From the IMG/VR virus record IMGVR_UViG_3300038393_001492, positions 1 through 45,110 of that record: DNA of 45,110 nt. One strand, 5' to 3'. Source of the DNA: a virus. Lineage: Duplodnaviria > Caudoviricetes. Position 1 is the first letter of the stretch, and each line of letters opens with the position of its first letter. A program made the translations under genes and the position numbers. The notes under the pieces are model-generated. The model was not told the DNA's origin. It did not search any database and was given only the letters and a program-made list of their open reading frames with translations. Below, piece by piece: positions 25,866-35,491 of the stretch.

Positions 25866-26681
25866 CTAGGTTCCGATCCCGAGCTGAGAGTTGAGCCAAT
25901 CGTTGTAGGCGGCGAAGGGGTTGGTCGGGTCCGTGACGGTCCCGCCCGGCTGGACGGTGGTGACGCCGTCGTTGGCGATCTTACCGGTGTCCGAGAGCGG
26001 GCCGGTGGCGACCGCGGTCGTGGTCGAGCCGTCCGGGTTGATCTGGGTGACGGTGCCGGCCGCGCGGTCGCCCATCGGGATGTCCTCGACGTCGATGCCG
26101 GTCGAGGCCGGGATCGAGCCGGTCATCACGCGCCCGTAGATCAGCGCCACCGGGTTGCCCTGCGCGGTCGCGTTCGTCGGACCCGAGAAGGCGAACGAGT
26201 CCTCCTTCTTGGTCTGATCCTTCGACTCCTCCTTCTTGGTCATCATCTGGGCGGCGCCCGAGACGGCGAGCCCGAGGCCCAGCATGGCGACCGTGCCCCA
26301 CATGCCGCCCGAGGATAGGCCGGCGAGCGGGGCCGCGAGCGTGCCGCCCGAGGCGAAGATCGCCACACCCACGAGCGCCACGCCGAGGATGATCTTGAGC
26401 GCGCCGCCGCTCTTGTTGCCGTTGCGCGAGCCCTTCACGACCGGCACCAGGTGCAGATCGGCCTGCCCAAGCTGGAAGCCGTTGATGTCGTCCTCGCCAA
26501 GCCGCATGCCGCTGCGCCGGTTGCCGCGGATCACCTCGTAGGAGCCCTTCTTGAGCTCCTCGAGGAAGCCCTTCACCTGGACGCCGATCCCGCGGATGCA
26601 GGCGCCGACGGTCGCGGCGTCGAGGCGGAACTCCGGCCCGAACCGCTTGCGCAGCCGGCCGTGCAGGATGACCCTACGCAT
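25866..26681 (-). CDS. tail assembly protein I
   Basis: V.LHG.L..RFG, VPVV.G, SFAFSG..N...QGNPV.L.YGR..GS. Confidence 0.9.
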   Translation of the reverse strand: MRRVILHGRLRKRFGPEFRLDAATVGACIRGIGVQVKGFLEELKKGSYEVIRGNRRSGMRLGEDDINGFQLGQADLHLVPVVKGSRNGNKSGGALKIILGVALVGVAIFASGGTLAAPLAGLSSGGMWGTVAMLGLGLAVSGAAQMMTKKEESKDQTKKEDSFAFSGPTNATAQGNPVALIYGRVMTGSIPASTGIDVEDIPMGDRAAGTVTQINPDGSTTTAVATGPLSDTGKIANDGVTTVQPGGTVTDPTNPFAAYNDWLNSQLGIGT

Positions 26682-27495
26682 CAGCGCTCTCCTTGGCCTT
26701 GTCGGCGATCAGCGCGTCGAGGCTCTCGTGGCGCAGCCACTTCTCGACGGCGCGCAGCCAGATCCCGATGGGCTCGCGGCGCGAGACCCGGGTCGGCAGG
26801 TGGTGGAGGATGAGGTTCGAGCCAACGTAGACGCCGCCGTGGTTGAGCTGCGTCACGCCGTTGCCGAGCTTCAGCAGGAAGCAGTCGCCCGGCAGCACCT
26901 CGGAGGCCGCGATCTCGCGGAAGCCGACCGTCTTGAAGGCCGCGTAGAGGTCGCGGTTCTCGGCCGGGGTGTTCTTGTCCCACCAGCCGTCGGCGCGCGC
27001 CTGCGGGCGCAAGGCCACGGGCGGGAGCGGCCATTCGTCGGTGACGCCCTGGCGCTTCAGCTCCTCGCGGCCTGCCGCGAAGGTGTCGCGCACCAGCTCG
27101 TAGCAGTCGGTGACGCCGTGGCGGAACACGCGCCCGATCAGCGGCCCCTGGTCGACGCCCTCGCCCCACATGAACGGCTCGGCGCACTCCTCCCCGTTCG
27201 TCGCGACGATCACCCAGGGCACATCGGTGTCGATCTGGCCCTGCATGTCGCGCTCGGACGGGTAGAGCGGGCCGTTCGGGTGCGAGTGGACGACGGCCTG
27301 CACTGTGCGCCCGGCCTCGGCGTGCTTGGCCCAGACCTCGCCGGCGATGACGAAATCCTGCTCGGGGTCGGCGGCGTAGTTGAAGCAGGGCACGTAGACG
27401 TCATCGACGATCAGCCCGCAGGCCTCCTGCGGGTAGGCCTTGAGCGCGTGCGCGCGCATCGCCTCGCGGGCGTCCGGGGAGAGTTCGAAACCCAT
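26674..27495 (-). CDS. tail assembly protein K (JAB + NlpC/P60)
   Basis: Start re-called at MGFELS. YPQEACG, VHSHP..PS..D (JAB); GVTDCY, NHGGVY, LHH (NlpC). Confidence 0.9.
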   Translation of the reverse strand: MGFELSPDAREAMRAHALKAYPQEACGLIVDDVYVPCFNYAADPEQDFVIAGEVWAKHAEAGRTVQAVVHSHPNGPLYPSERDMQGQIDTDVPWVIVATNGEECAEPFMWGEGVDQGPLIGRVFRHGVTDCYELVRDTFAAGREELKRQGVTDEWPLPPVALRPQARADGWWDKNTPAENRDLYAAFKTVGFREIAASEVLPGDCFLLKLGNGVTQLNHGGVYVGSNLILHHLPTRVSRREPIGIWLRAVEKWLRHESLDALIADKAKESADA

Positions 27496-28208
27496 CACGC
27501 GCTCCGCACGCGGGCCATGCCGGGGAACGCCCAGGTCGGCAGCGTCGCGTCCTTGCCGAAGCGCAGCTCGCAGTCCGACACGCGCCGGCCGCACTGGTCC
27601 TTGGCCGGGTCGTTCGTGGCCTTGCCGTTGCGGTCGTAGGAGGCGCCACCGGTGTAGGGGCAGGTTGCCTTGTCGTAGACGAACTGGCCGTCCCGGAAGC
27701 TGCGGTAGCGCGCCGTGCAGGTGTCGCGCAGGAGCATCCGGCCCGGCAGCTTGCGGCCCTGCTGGTCGAAGGCGGCCGACAGCTCGAACTCGATGTAGAC
27801 CGGGTTCTCGTCCGTGAGCTGCTCGATCTCGAAGGTGTCGGGGCCGTAGAAGGCCGTCGAGTCCGCCTGCGCGCCGCCGTCGAGGAACTGCTCGAAGGTG
27901 CGCACGCGCTGGACCGGGCAGCCGATCAGGTCGTCGCCGTAGGTGTTGACGATCCCCTGGATCGCCTCGTTCGAGTTGGCGAAGCGCAGCCGTGGCTGCG
28001 GCAGCGAGCCGGTGCCGTTGGTCTCGAACCCGTCGAAGTCGACGTCCACGGCCGTGAAGCCCACGCCGCCGAAGAACACGTTGCCGTCGGGGTGGGCGTT
28101 GGGCGTGAAGAACAGGACCGGACCGCCGATCGCCGAGCAGTCCATGCGGAACAGGAACACCTGCGCGCCAGGTGTCGGGCTCTGAACGGTGGCGTGGATG
28201 TTCGACAT
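27495..28208 (-). CDS. minor tail protein L
   Basis: Start MSNIHAT; LPQPRL, RVRT...FLD, four C-terminal Cys (Fe-S), CELRFG...FPG. Confidence 0.9.
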   Translation of the reverse strand: MSNIHATVQSPTPGAQVFLFRMDCSAIGGPVLFFTPNAHPDGNVFFGGVGFTAVDVDFDGFETNGTGSLPQPRLRFANSNEAIQGIVNTYGDDLIGCPVQRVRTFEQFLDGGAQADSTAFYGPDTFEIEQLTDENPVYIEFELSAAFDQQGRKLPGRMLLRDTCTARYRSFRDGQFVYDKATCPYTGGASYDRNGKATNDPAKDQCGRRVSDCELRFGKDATLPTWAFPGMARVRSA

Positions 28209-28231
28209 GGCTGCCCTGTGGAGAGGCAGCC

Positions 28232-28260
28232 ATGATAAGTCAGCGGTGACTGATCGTCCA
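28232..28260 (-). promoter_or_regulatory. promoter TGGACG-17-TATCAT with palindromic box 11 (28235-28254) as spacer
   Basis: Box ATAAGTCAGCGGTGACTGAT fills the spacer and supplies TAT of the -10. Confidence 0.75.
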
Positions 28261-28263
28261 GCC

Positions 28264-28608
28264 TCAAGTGAGGATGAAGCTCTCCCGGAAGGTGCACTCA
28301 TACTTGTTGGGCGTGCCCCGGGTCCGCTGCCACTCCTTGCAGGTCCACTTCACCATTTCGCCCGTGTCCGAGAGGATGAACCAGAACGGCTTGTAGCCGC
28401 CGTGGAGCGCGAAGAAGTCGTCGAAGCTCTGGGCCGAGATCGCGGTCAGGTAGTCCCAGGACAGGTTGGCGACCCGACGGATGTGGTTGATCCCGTCGGG
28501 CGCGGCCTGCGTATACCCATCTCCAAATTCCGCCTCCAGCAGCTTCACCTCGGGCTTCGTGACAGTGACGGTCGGCGGGTAGTTCGGCGTGAAGACGAGA
28601 AGCGTCAT
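28264..28608 (-). CDS. minor tail protein M (distal tail)
   Basis: FGDGYTQ..PDGIN, F...HGG..PFWF. Confidence 0.9.
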   Translation of the reverse strand: MTLLVFTPNYPPTVTVTKPEVKLLEAEFGDGYTQAAPDGINHIRRVANLSWDYLTAISAQSFDDFFALHGGYKPFWFILSDTGEMVKWTCKEWQRTRGTPNKYECTFRESFILT

Positions 28609-28619
28609 CTGCTAAGTCC

Positions 28620-31600
28620 TTACTGGTTCAACATATTTCCGGGGCGGAGCTGGGTCGCCAGCTCCTTCTGGATCAGGCCGCGCATCATGGTCTCGGCGTG
28701 CTTGGCCGTCTGCTCGGCGAGGTCCTGGTTCTGGGCCGGCGTGCCGCCCGTGGCGTTGACCTGGATGGTCGGCGCCAAAGTGATGACGTTGCCGGCCTGG
28801 GCGCCGCCCATGGCCTTCATCTGCTCGCGGGTGAACACCCCCTCCCCGCGCTGGGCGATGATTGGCACCTCGTCGTGGCCGATGATGCCGCCCGTGTGGA
28901 AGCGCGGGGCCGAGCCGAAGATCGCCGGGTTGATCGAGCGGCTCATCGAGAAGCCGGCGCCGACGATCGCGCCGGTATGGGCGACGCCGACGGCCGCGAG
29001 CTTGCCGGCGCCGCCCTTGGCCGCCCCACCCTTGGCCGCGCCGCCGGTGCCGCCGCCGAGCAGCGACTTCAGGCCACCACCCGCGCCGGCGCCGCCGAAC
29101 GCCTGCGACAGGAGATACTTGATCCCCATCTTGGTGATGTCCTTGGCGATCGACTGGAAGAGCGACGCGAAATCCGCCTTCCCGGTCGTGATGAAGGTCG
29201 CCATCTGATCGGCCGCGCTGTCGAGCCAGCCGGTCATGGCCTTTTCCATGTTGTTGCCGAGGTCGGCCCACTCCTTCATCTGCTTGCCCAGCGGCGAGGA
29301 CGCGGCGATGCGCTTCTGCTCGGCGATGATCTTGTCGGCCTTGATCTTCTCAATCTGAGCCTGGAGCTCGGCGTTACCCTGCACCTGCGAGGACATGTCG
29401 TTGAGGCGCTTGATCTCCTCGTCGAAGGCCGCCTTGCGCGCCTGGTCGGCCGTCATCAGCCCGCGCTCGATCTCGCGGGTCTTCTTCTGCTCGGCCTGGA
29501 TGGTCGAGGCGACCTCGACGTTCTTCATCCGGGTGAACAGCGCCTCGTTGTCGGCCTGGAGCTGTTCGAGACCCTTCTGGTCGAAGGAGTCGTCGGTCTT
29601 CATCAGCTCCTTGTAGCGGGCCTCGGTGCGGAGCTGCTCGGCGCGCATCTTGTAGACGCTGTCGGGGAGCTTGTAGGTGCTCTCCTCGTCGATGCGCCGC
29701 TTGATCGCCGCCTCGCGCTCCTGGAGCTCCAGCTCGGTCTTCTCACGGCTCTCGCCGGCCGCCTTGAGCCGCTGGCGCATCTGCTGGGCGCGCGCAGCCG
29801 CCTCCTCGGCCTTGTCGAGCTTCTCGACGGCCGCGATCAGGTCCTTGTAGCGGTCGCTCTCCGGGTCCTTCTCGCCGTCGCGCGAGCCGAACTTGCCGTC
29901 GCGGATCATGCGCCGGGTCTCGGACACGCGCTTACCGTAGCCCTCCTCGCGCTCCTCGGCCTTGGCCGTGAGGTTGATGATGTCCTGGAGCGTCTCCTTG
30001 ACCTTGGCGTCGTTGGTCTCGATCGTCGCGAGCTGACTGGCCGCGCGCGCCACGGCGAGCTTCTCGGCGTCGTCCTGCGTGATCGTGGTTGGGATCTTGG
30101 CGCGGCTGTCCTCCGGGTTCACCGGCATGTAGCCGGAGTCCTGCTCGACCGTGTTGCCGCCCTGGCGCCGGATCGTGCTGCCATACCAGTCGCGCGCCTT
30201 GTCGGCGCCCTTGCCCGACTGGAGACCCTCCCAGGTGCTCTTGAGCGCGGCCACGATCTTGTCGGAGAAGCCGTTCTCGTTGAGCTCCTTCAGCAGGTCG
30301 CCGCCGCCGGTGTTGCGGGCGTAGTCGCGCACGGCGAGCTTCCAGGCGGCCATGTCCTGGTTCTCGGGCGAGAAGCTCTGCCCGCCCATCCCGATGTCGT
30401 CCCAGGTCGAGGCGACGATCTGGTAGCGGCCGGCCGCGGTCGACGTGCGCCCGTCCTTGGTCCGCTCGGGGATGCGCGGGTGCTGGTCGTAGCTGTCGAA
30501 GGTCGCGCCGCCGCTCGGGGTGTAGCGGATGTTGTAGCGGCCGGCGCTCTCCGGGCCTGAGATGGCGTTGAGGAAGGCGAGCGCGGCCGGCGGCAGGTTC
30601 TTGGCGACCGGGTCGGTCGAGGCCCCGCCCGTGACGGAGCCGCCGCGGCTGACCGCGCTGTTGGGCACGTTGATGCCGGCGCCGATGTTGAGCTGGGTGA
30701 TCGCCGTGGCGTCGCCGCGGACCACGCCCATCCAGCGGGCGAGCTCCTTGATCTTCTCAAGCGCCTGATCGCCGCCGCCGACACCCTCGCCGCTGAGCAG
30801 CTTGCCCCACACCGCCGTTGCCGTGTCGCCGGCTTCCTTCGTGGCCGCCTGGAGCTGGGCGCGCGCGGCCTGCACGGCGCGCTCCATCGGGGTCTGGGTC
30901 GGACCCATCCCCTTGTAGAGGCCCTGCTCGTAGCCGACGATGACCTTGTCGATGTCGGAGATGTTCTTGTTCCGGGCCTCGAACAGGTCCCGCTCGGCCT
31001 TGATCTGGGCGTTGGTGACGTCGCGGTCGAACTTGTTGCGACCCTCCATCATCTCGTCGAGCTTGGACTTCTGGGCCTGCGCCTCGACGAGCTGGCCGAT
31101 GAGCTCCTGCACGCGGCCGGAGTCGATCGGGCCATACTTGCCGGCCGCGAGCTTCGCCTGGAGCTCGGCGACGTCGCCGGAGGCGCCCATCAGGTTCGCG
31201 CGCACGCCCGCGATCGACGCCTGGAGGTTGTCCAGGGCCGTCTTGCCCTTCTGGTAGAGCTTGTCCTCGTCGATGGGCTTGGCGAGCAGCGTCACGCCCA
31301 TCGGCATGGCTTCGAGCTGCTTACGCGCGTCCTGGGCCGCCTTCTGGCGCTTCAGGAGCCCGTCGATGATCGCGTTGGTGGTCTCGAGCTCCTTGTCCTT
31401 CTGGCCCTCAGCCTTCTTGGACAGCTCCTCGTAGAGGGACTGGGCGTTGGCGATCTCGAGGTCGTAGATCGAGAGCTGACGCTCGCGCTCGGCCTTGGCG
31501 TAGTCGGCCTTGAGCCGCTCGGTCGACTTGCCGGCCGCAGCCGCTCTGGCGAGCGCGGCCTCCTGCTTGTCGGCCATCTCCTTGCCGTAGCGGTCGAACA

Positions 31601-33248
31601 GCGCGCGCTGGTCGGCATAGTTCTTGTCGAAGATGCGCAGCCTCTCGGCCGCGGCGCGCTGCGCCTCGTTCGTCTGGTAGTCGGTGCTGATCTGGGCCGC
31701 GCGCTGCTCGTCCTTCGCGATCTTCTCGCGCTGGTCCGCGATCTGCTGGGTCAGCTCGTTGAGCCGGTCGTTGCGCGAGCCCGGGCCGACGTAGATGCCG
31801 ACCGAGGCGACGCGCTTCTTGGTGCGCTCCAGGTTGTCGAGCTCGTCCTTCTCGGCCTGGATCTGCTTGACGAAGTTCTTGAGGCTCTCCTTGGACGCGG
31901 TGGCGCCGAACTTCTCGACCTCCTCGCGCGCCTCCTTGGCCTTCTTGCCGAACAGGTCGAAGTAGGAGATCGCGAACGACACGCCCATGCCGACGGCGAT
32001 CAGCACCGGGGCGAGTTCGACCAGCGCCACCGCGGTCGCGGCAATCGCCGCGCGCGTGGCCGCCAGACCCGCCCGGAAGGTCGCCAGGCTCGCGCCGGCG
32101 CCGCTCAGCGCAGCCTGCGTGCGCGTGAAGTTGTTCAGCCAGCTATCCCAGGCGAGGTAGAGCGCCTTGACCTGGTTGCCGGCGTTCGAGAGGCCGGTGG
32201 CGAGCGCGTTCAGCGCCTCGAGCGCCTTGGCCGCGCCGAAGCCCGCGACCATGACGGTGCCGACCGAGATGATCTCGTTCTTGAAGTAGGAGAGACGACC
32301 GACCACGGTCTCGATCGCGCCGAGCACCTTGGTCAGGCCGTAGCCGAGCTTGTCCGCCAGCTCGCCGGCGCCGCGGCCCGCGAGCACCTCGTTGAGCTGG
32401 CGCGCCTTGTCGGTGAGCGTCGTGAAGAAGCCGCCGCCCTCGCCGACCTTGATCGCGAGGTCCTGGAAGGTCGAGCTGATCTGGGTGACGACGCCGTTGA
32501 AGGTCGACATCTGCGCGAGCGCAGCGCCCCCGAAGGTGCGCTCGAACTCGCCCGACATCGCGGCGATCGCCTCCTTGGCCGAGACCGTGCCGGTGGCGAG
32601 CAGCTTCACGAGCTCGGAATAGGTGACGCCCATGGACCGGGCCATGAGCTCGGTCGCGCGGGGCACCGCCTCGCCGAGCTGCTGGCGCAGCTCTTCCATC
32701 TGGACGACGCCCTTGCCGGACATCTGCTGGATCGCGAGCGTGGCGCGCTTGAGCTGCTCCTCGGAGCCGCCGAAGGACGAGACCGCGTCCACCAGGCCGC
32801 GCATAGCGCCCTTGGTCGGGTCGATGCCCGCGGACTTCAGCTTGACGAAGACGTCGGTCAGGCCGGCGAGCGAGTAGGGCGCGGTCTTGGCCTGCTCGCG
32901 CAGGTAGGCGAAGTTGTCGCCGGCTTCCTTGACCTTGTCGCTGGAGGTGGAGAGCCCCTCGAGGAGCTTGCGGGTCTTCTCGAACTCGGCGTTGACCTTG
33001 ACGATGTCGGAGACCCAGCCGGTCGTGGCCTGGCGCACGAACGAGATCGCGGCCGAGGCCTGGCCGAGCACGACGGTGACGTCGCGCATGGTGCCCAGGA
33101 AGCTCTGGGAGCTGGACTGGAGCGAGTTGAGGGAGCGGATACCCTGGCCGGCGCGCCGCTCGAAGTCGGCGATCGACTGGCCGGCCCGCATCATCCGGGT
33201 CGTGAAGGAGCCGTCGTCCAGCTCAAGCTCTACCCGGATCCCAGTCAT
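28620..33248 (-). CDS. tape measure protein with internal lambda-type lysozyme domain
   Basis: QMSGKGVVQMEELRQQLGE tape-measure domain; FLNAISGPES...STAAGRYQI...FSPENQD; C-terminal HTGG...DEVPIIAQRGE. Confidence 0.95.
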   Translation of the reverse strand: MTGIRVELELDDGSFTTRMMRAGQSIADFERRAGQGIRSLNSLQSSSQSFLGTMRDVTVVLGQASAAISFVRQATTGWVSDIVKVNAEFEKTRKLLEGLSTSSDKVKEAGDNFAYLREQAKTAPYSLAGLTDVFVKLKSAGIDPTKGAMRGLVDAVSSFGGSEEQLKRATLAIQQMSGKGVVQMEELRQQLGEAVPRATELMARSMGVTYSELVKLLATGTVSAKEAIAAMSGEFERTFGGAALAQMSTFNGVVTQISSTFQDLAIKVGEGGGFFTTLTDKARQLNEVLAGRGAGELADKLGYGLTKVLGAIETVVGRLSYFKNEIISVGTVMVAGFGAAKALEALNALATGLSNAGNQVKALYLAWDSWLNNFTRTQAALSGAGASLATFRAGLAATRAAIAATAVALVELAPVLIAVGMGVSFAISYFDLFGKKAKEAREEVEKFGATASKESLKNFVKQIQAEKDELDNLERTKKRVASVGIYVGPGSRNDRLNELTQQIADQREKIAKDEQRAAQISTDYQTNEAQRAAAERLRIFDKNYADQRALFDRYGKEMADKQEAALARAAAAGKSTERLKADYAKAERERQLSIYDLEIANAQSLYEELSKKAEGQKDKELETTNAIIDGLLKRQKAAQDARKQLEAMPMGVTLLAKPIDEDKLYQKGKTALDNLQASIAGVRANLMGASGDVAELQAKLAAGKYGPIDSGRVQELIGQLVEAQAQKSKLDEMMEGRNKFDRDVTNAQIKAERDLFEARNKNISDIDKVIVGYEQGLYKGMGPTQTPMERAVQAARAQLQAATKEAGDTATAVWGKLLSGEGVGGGDQALEKIKELARWMGVVRGDATAITQLNIGAGINVPNSAVSRGGSVTGGASTDPVAKNLPPAALAFLNAISGPESAGRYNIRYTPSGGATFDSYDQHPRIPERTKDGRTSTAAGRYQIVASTWDDIGMGGQSFSPENQDMAAWKLAVRDYARNTGGGDLLKELNENGFSDKIVAALKSTWEGLQSGKGADKARDWYGSTIRRQGGNTVEQDSGYMPVNPEDSRAKIPTTITQDDAEKLAVARAASQLATIETNDAKVKETLQDIINLTAKAEEREEGYGKRVSETRRMIRDGKFGSRDGEKDPESDRYKDLIAAVEKLDKAEEAAARAQQMRQRLKAAGESREKTELELQEREAAIKRRIDEESTYKLPDSVYKMRAEQLRTEARYKELMKTDDSFDQKGLEQLQADNEALFTRMKNVEVASTIQAEQKKTREIERGLMTADQARKAAFDEEIKRLNDMSSQVQGNAELQAQIEKIKADKIIAEQKRIAASSPLGKQMKEWADLGNNMEKAMTGWLDSAADQMATFITTGKADFASLFQSIAKDITKMGIKYLLSQAFGGAGAGGGLKSLLGGGTGGAAKGGAAKGGAGKLAAVGVAHTGAIVGAGFSMSRSINPAIFGSAPRFHTGGIIGHDEVPIIAQRGEGVFTREQMKAMGGAQAGNVITLAPTIQVNATGGTPAQNQDLAEQTAKHAETMMRGLIQKELATQLRPGNMLNQ

Positions 33249-33253
33249 CGTCC

Positions 33254-33594
33254 TCAGCCTCGCGCCATCGCCTTCAGGTCCGCGAGCCCGGCCTTGTCCA
33301 GCTTCTCTTCCTGTGCGCTCTGTGCAATCGCCTCGGGCGACAGCTTCACGATCACGCCCAACTGAGCCCGCAGGTTCTCCTGCATCCGCCCGTAGGCCTC
33401 ACCGCTCGTTGCCGAGGCCATCAACTGCAACTGCCGGAGGTCGATTTCCGAGAGCAGACGGTCGATGTTCTTGGAGTAGAGCCAGAACGTCTTGAGCGGC
33501 ATGCGCATGACGTCCTGGAACTTCATCCCGTAGTGATACGAGACGCGGGAGACGAAGAAGCCGAAATCGACCGCCTCTACGCCACCGCCTCGGG
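33254..33594 (-). CDS. tail assembly chaperone T portion (expressed as G-T fusion by -1 frameshift)
   Basis: The -1 frame after GGGAAAG is open: ARGGGVEAVDFGFFVSRVSYHYGMKFQD..., in frame with track ORF 33254..33526. Confidence 0.85.
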
Positions 33595-33942
33595 CTTTCC
33601 CTCGGCCGCAGCCTGCTCCTGGACCTCACCCGTCACCTTCTTGGTGCCGTCGTGGTCCTGGGCGATGCCCATCAGCTTGTTGAGGTTCACCAGCGGCAGC
33701 TTGCGCAGCATGTCCTCGGTCATCGTCGGGAACGCCCGCAGGATGATCTTGATGAGGCCGGAGATCTCCTCCTCGAAGTCGCCGGTCTTGCCGAGCGTCT
33801 GGAGCAGCTTGGTGTTGGCGACGAAGTCGTCGACCGTGACCGGCACCAGCCGGTGCTCCTTGCCGCCGAGCTTGGCGACGACGTCGGGGAACTGGTCGAC
33901 CGTGTCGAGGTCGAGGAAGGTGGTTGCGGTGGAGGAGGCCAT
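33577..33942 (-). CDS. tail assembly chaperone G
   Basis: Between tail tube and tape measure genes; ends ...EGKPEAVA over the slippery site. Confidence 0.85.
   Translation of the reverse strand: MASSTATTFLDLDTVDQFPDVVAKLGGKEHRLVPVTVDDFVANTKLLQTLGKTGDFEEEISGLIKIILRAFPTMTEDMLRKLPLVNLNKLMGIAQDHDGTKKVTGEVQEQAAAEGKPEAVA
33595..33601 (-). other. programmed -1 ribosomal frameshift site G GGA AAG
   Basis: Same heptamer as lambda G/GT, in the correct phase. Confidence 0.9.
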
Positions 33943-33962
33943 GCTGCCCTTCTGCGCTTGTG

Positions 33963-33993
33963 AAAAGACTTGCCGAGCGGCATGCCCGGCAAG
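33963..33993 (-). terminator. intrinsic terminator after the tail tube gene
   Basis: Minus strand CTTGCCGGGC-ATGCC-GCTCGGCAAG-TCTTTT. Confidence 0.7.
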
Positions 33994-34008
33994 TCAGTGG
34001 TGACTTAT
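33989..34008. promoter_or_regulatory. palindromic box 12 (GCAAGTCAGTGGTGACTTAT)
   Basis: Family member; overlaps the terminator stem. Confidence 0.85.
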
Positions 34009-34029
34009 CTCATGCCCGAAGGCAAGAGG

Positions 34030-34557
34030 TTAGCCCTGGCCGGCGGTGACGGGGCTGTCGCCCACGACGAACAGCGTGCCGTCGGCCGGGTTCGGGTAGC
34101 CCTTGAAGGTGCAGTTGTAGATCCGCTCGTTCTCGAGCTGGTAGGCGAACTGCAGGCCACCGGCGGTCGCCGCCAGCGGGATCGAGAAGTCGTCCGAGTG
34201 GTCGCCATCGGCGTTGCTCTTCGGGTGGAAGCGCAGCTCCTTGGCGATCTTCAGGAGCGAGGTGCCGACGGCGTTCGGGACCACGACGGTCTTCTTGCCG
34301 GAATTGTCGACGAGCTTGGCGCCGGGCATGATCGCGACGAGGTTCTCGAGCGTGGTCTCGGCCAGCGGGACCTTGGCGGTCACGGTGCGGCCCATGATGA
34401 CCTCGTCGATCGGCGACTTGCCGAACTGGTCCACCTCGACCTCGTGGGTCTCGGTCTGCACCTCGACCTCGACGCCACCCTTGGTGTAGCCGAGGTCGAC
34501 GCCCCCGAAGAAGACCGAGCACACGCCCAGCTTCACGTTCTTGGTATCCGAAGCCAT
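34030..34557 (-). CDS. major tail (tube) protein
   Basis: Start MASDTKNVKLG; DLGYTKGGVEVEV, VDQFG, VPLAETTLENL; GAAGGAG RBS. Confidence 0.88.
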   Translation of the reverse strand: MASDTKNVKLGVCSVFFGGVDLGYTKGGVEVEVQTETHEVEVDQFGKSPIDEVIMGRTVTAKVPLAETTLENLVAIMPGAKLVDNSGKKTVVVPNAVGTSLLKIAKELRFHPKSNADGDHSDDFSIPLAATAGGLQFAYQLENERIYNCTFKGYPNPADGTLFVVGDSPVTAGQG

Positions 34558-34614
34558 CTCAAAATCTCCTTCGCTGAGCGCCGTCAGACTGGTTTCGCGG
34601 TCCTGCTCACGCGA

Positions 34615-34663
34615 GTGAGTCAGTGGTGACTTACATTCTACCGCAGCACGTAGGAGGCGTCCA
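34615..34663 (-). promoter_or_regulatory. promoter TGGACG-17-TAGAAT with palindromic box 13 (34615-34634) over +1
   Basis: -35 at 34663-34658, -10 at 34640-34635, box GTGAGTCAGTGGTGACTTAC. Confidence 0.75.
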
Positions 34664-35036
34664 GATTGATCGACCACTCCTTACCGTTGCCGTCCGAGCG
34701 TGGATAGACGATCGGCAGGGTGCGCGGGCGCAGGTAGTTGACGTGCATCACCTCGTTGCCCTGGGCGTCCAGGAAGGTGCGCTCCGACAGGGTCAGCGCG
34801 TCCATCACCTGCTTGGCGAGCCGGTCGCCGGTGTCGACCTTCTGGGCGCGCACGATCACCTGCACGGCGCCCCGGAAGTAGCCCGGCAGCTCGTGGTCGA
34901 TGGGCACGCCCTGGAGCGGCAGCTTGATGAGGACGCCGGCGCGCACGTCGGCCGGCATCTCCTCCTCGTAGATGTCCTGGCCGGGCGCGCCGATGCCCGC
35001 GTCAGCCAGAATGTCGGCCAAGAGGTCGATGCGCAT
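34638..35036 (-). CDS. tail terminator / minor capsid-type connector
   Basis: Position upstream of the tube gene; IDHELPGY..G.VQVIVR...P.VYP. Confidence 0.75.
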   Translation of the reverse strand: MRIDLLADILADAGIGAPGQDIYEEEMPADVRAGVLIKLPLQGVPIDHELPGYFRGAVQVIVRAQKVDTGDRLAKQVMDALTLSERTFLDAQGNEVMHVNYLRPRTLPIVYPRSDGNGKEWSINLDASYVLR

Positions 35037-35491
35037 TACCGGATCACTCCGCGGATGGCCTGGATCACGGCCTGGATGAGGGAGGGCTGGATCTTGGGCC
35101 GCTCGGCCGCGGCCGCCCGCTCGAGGAACTTGGCGCCGATGTGCCGGCCGGGATTGGCCTTCATCTTGGCGAGCGTGCCCGGGCCGGCGCGCTTGGTGTC
35201 GTAGTTCTCGTGGACCTCGAGGGCGTAGAGGTCGACGTTGACGCCGTTGACGATGCCGCCGACGTCGATGTCGATCTGGAGCCGGCCGCGGAAGTTCGAG
35301 TAGGACTTCACCTGGTGGATCGACTTCTCCAGGTTGTGCTTGTCCACCGGGGCGTTGAGCTGCGCCTCCTTCACGATCCGGTCGGCCGCGCGCTGCATCG
35401 CCTTGCGGGCATTCTCGGGCACCAGCAGCCCCACGCTGCGCAGCTCGGCGGTGAGCTCGGCAGCGCCCGTGACCCTCATGCCGATGTTCAC
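35036..35491 (-). CDS. HK97 gp10-like tail completion protein
   Basis: AQLNAPVDKHNLEKSI, YALEVHE, KFLERA. Confidence 0.8.
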   Translation of the reverse strand: MNIGMRVTGAAELTAELRSVGLLVPENARKAMQRAADRIVKEAQLNAPVDKHNLEKSIHQVKSYSNFRGRLQIDIDVGGIVNGVNVDLYALEVHENYDTKRAGPGTLAKMKANPGRHIGAKFLERAAAAERPKIQPSLIQAVIQAIRGVIR

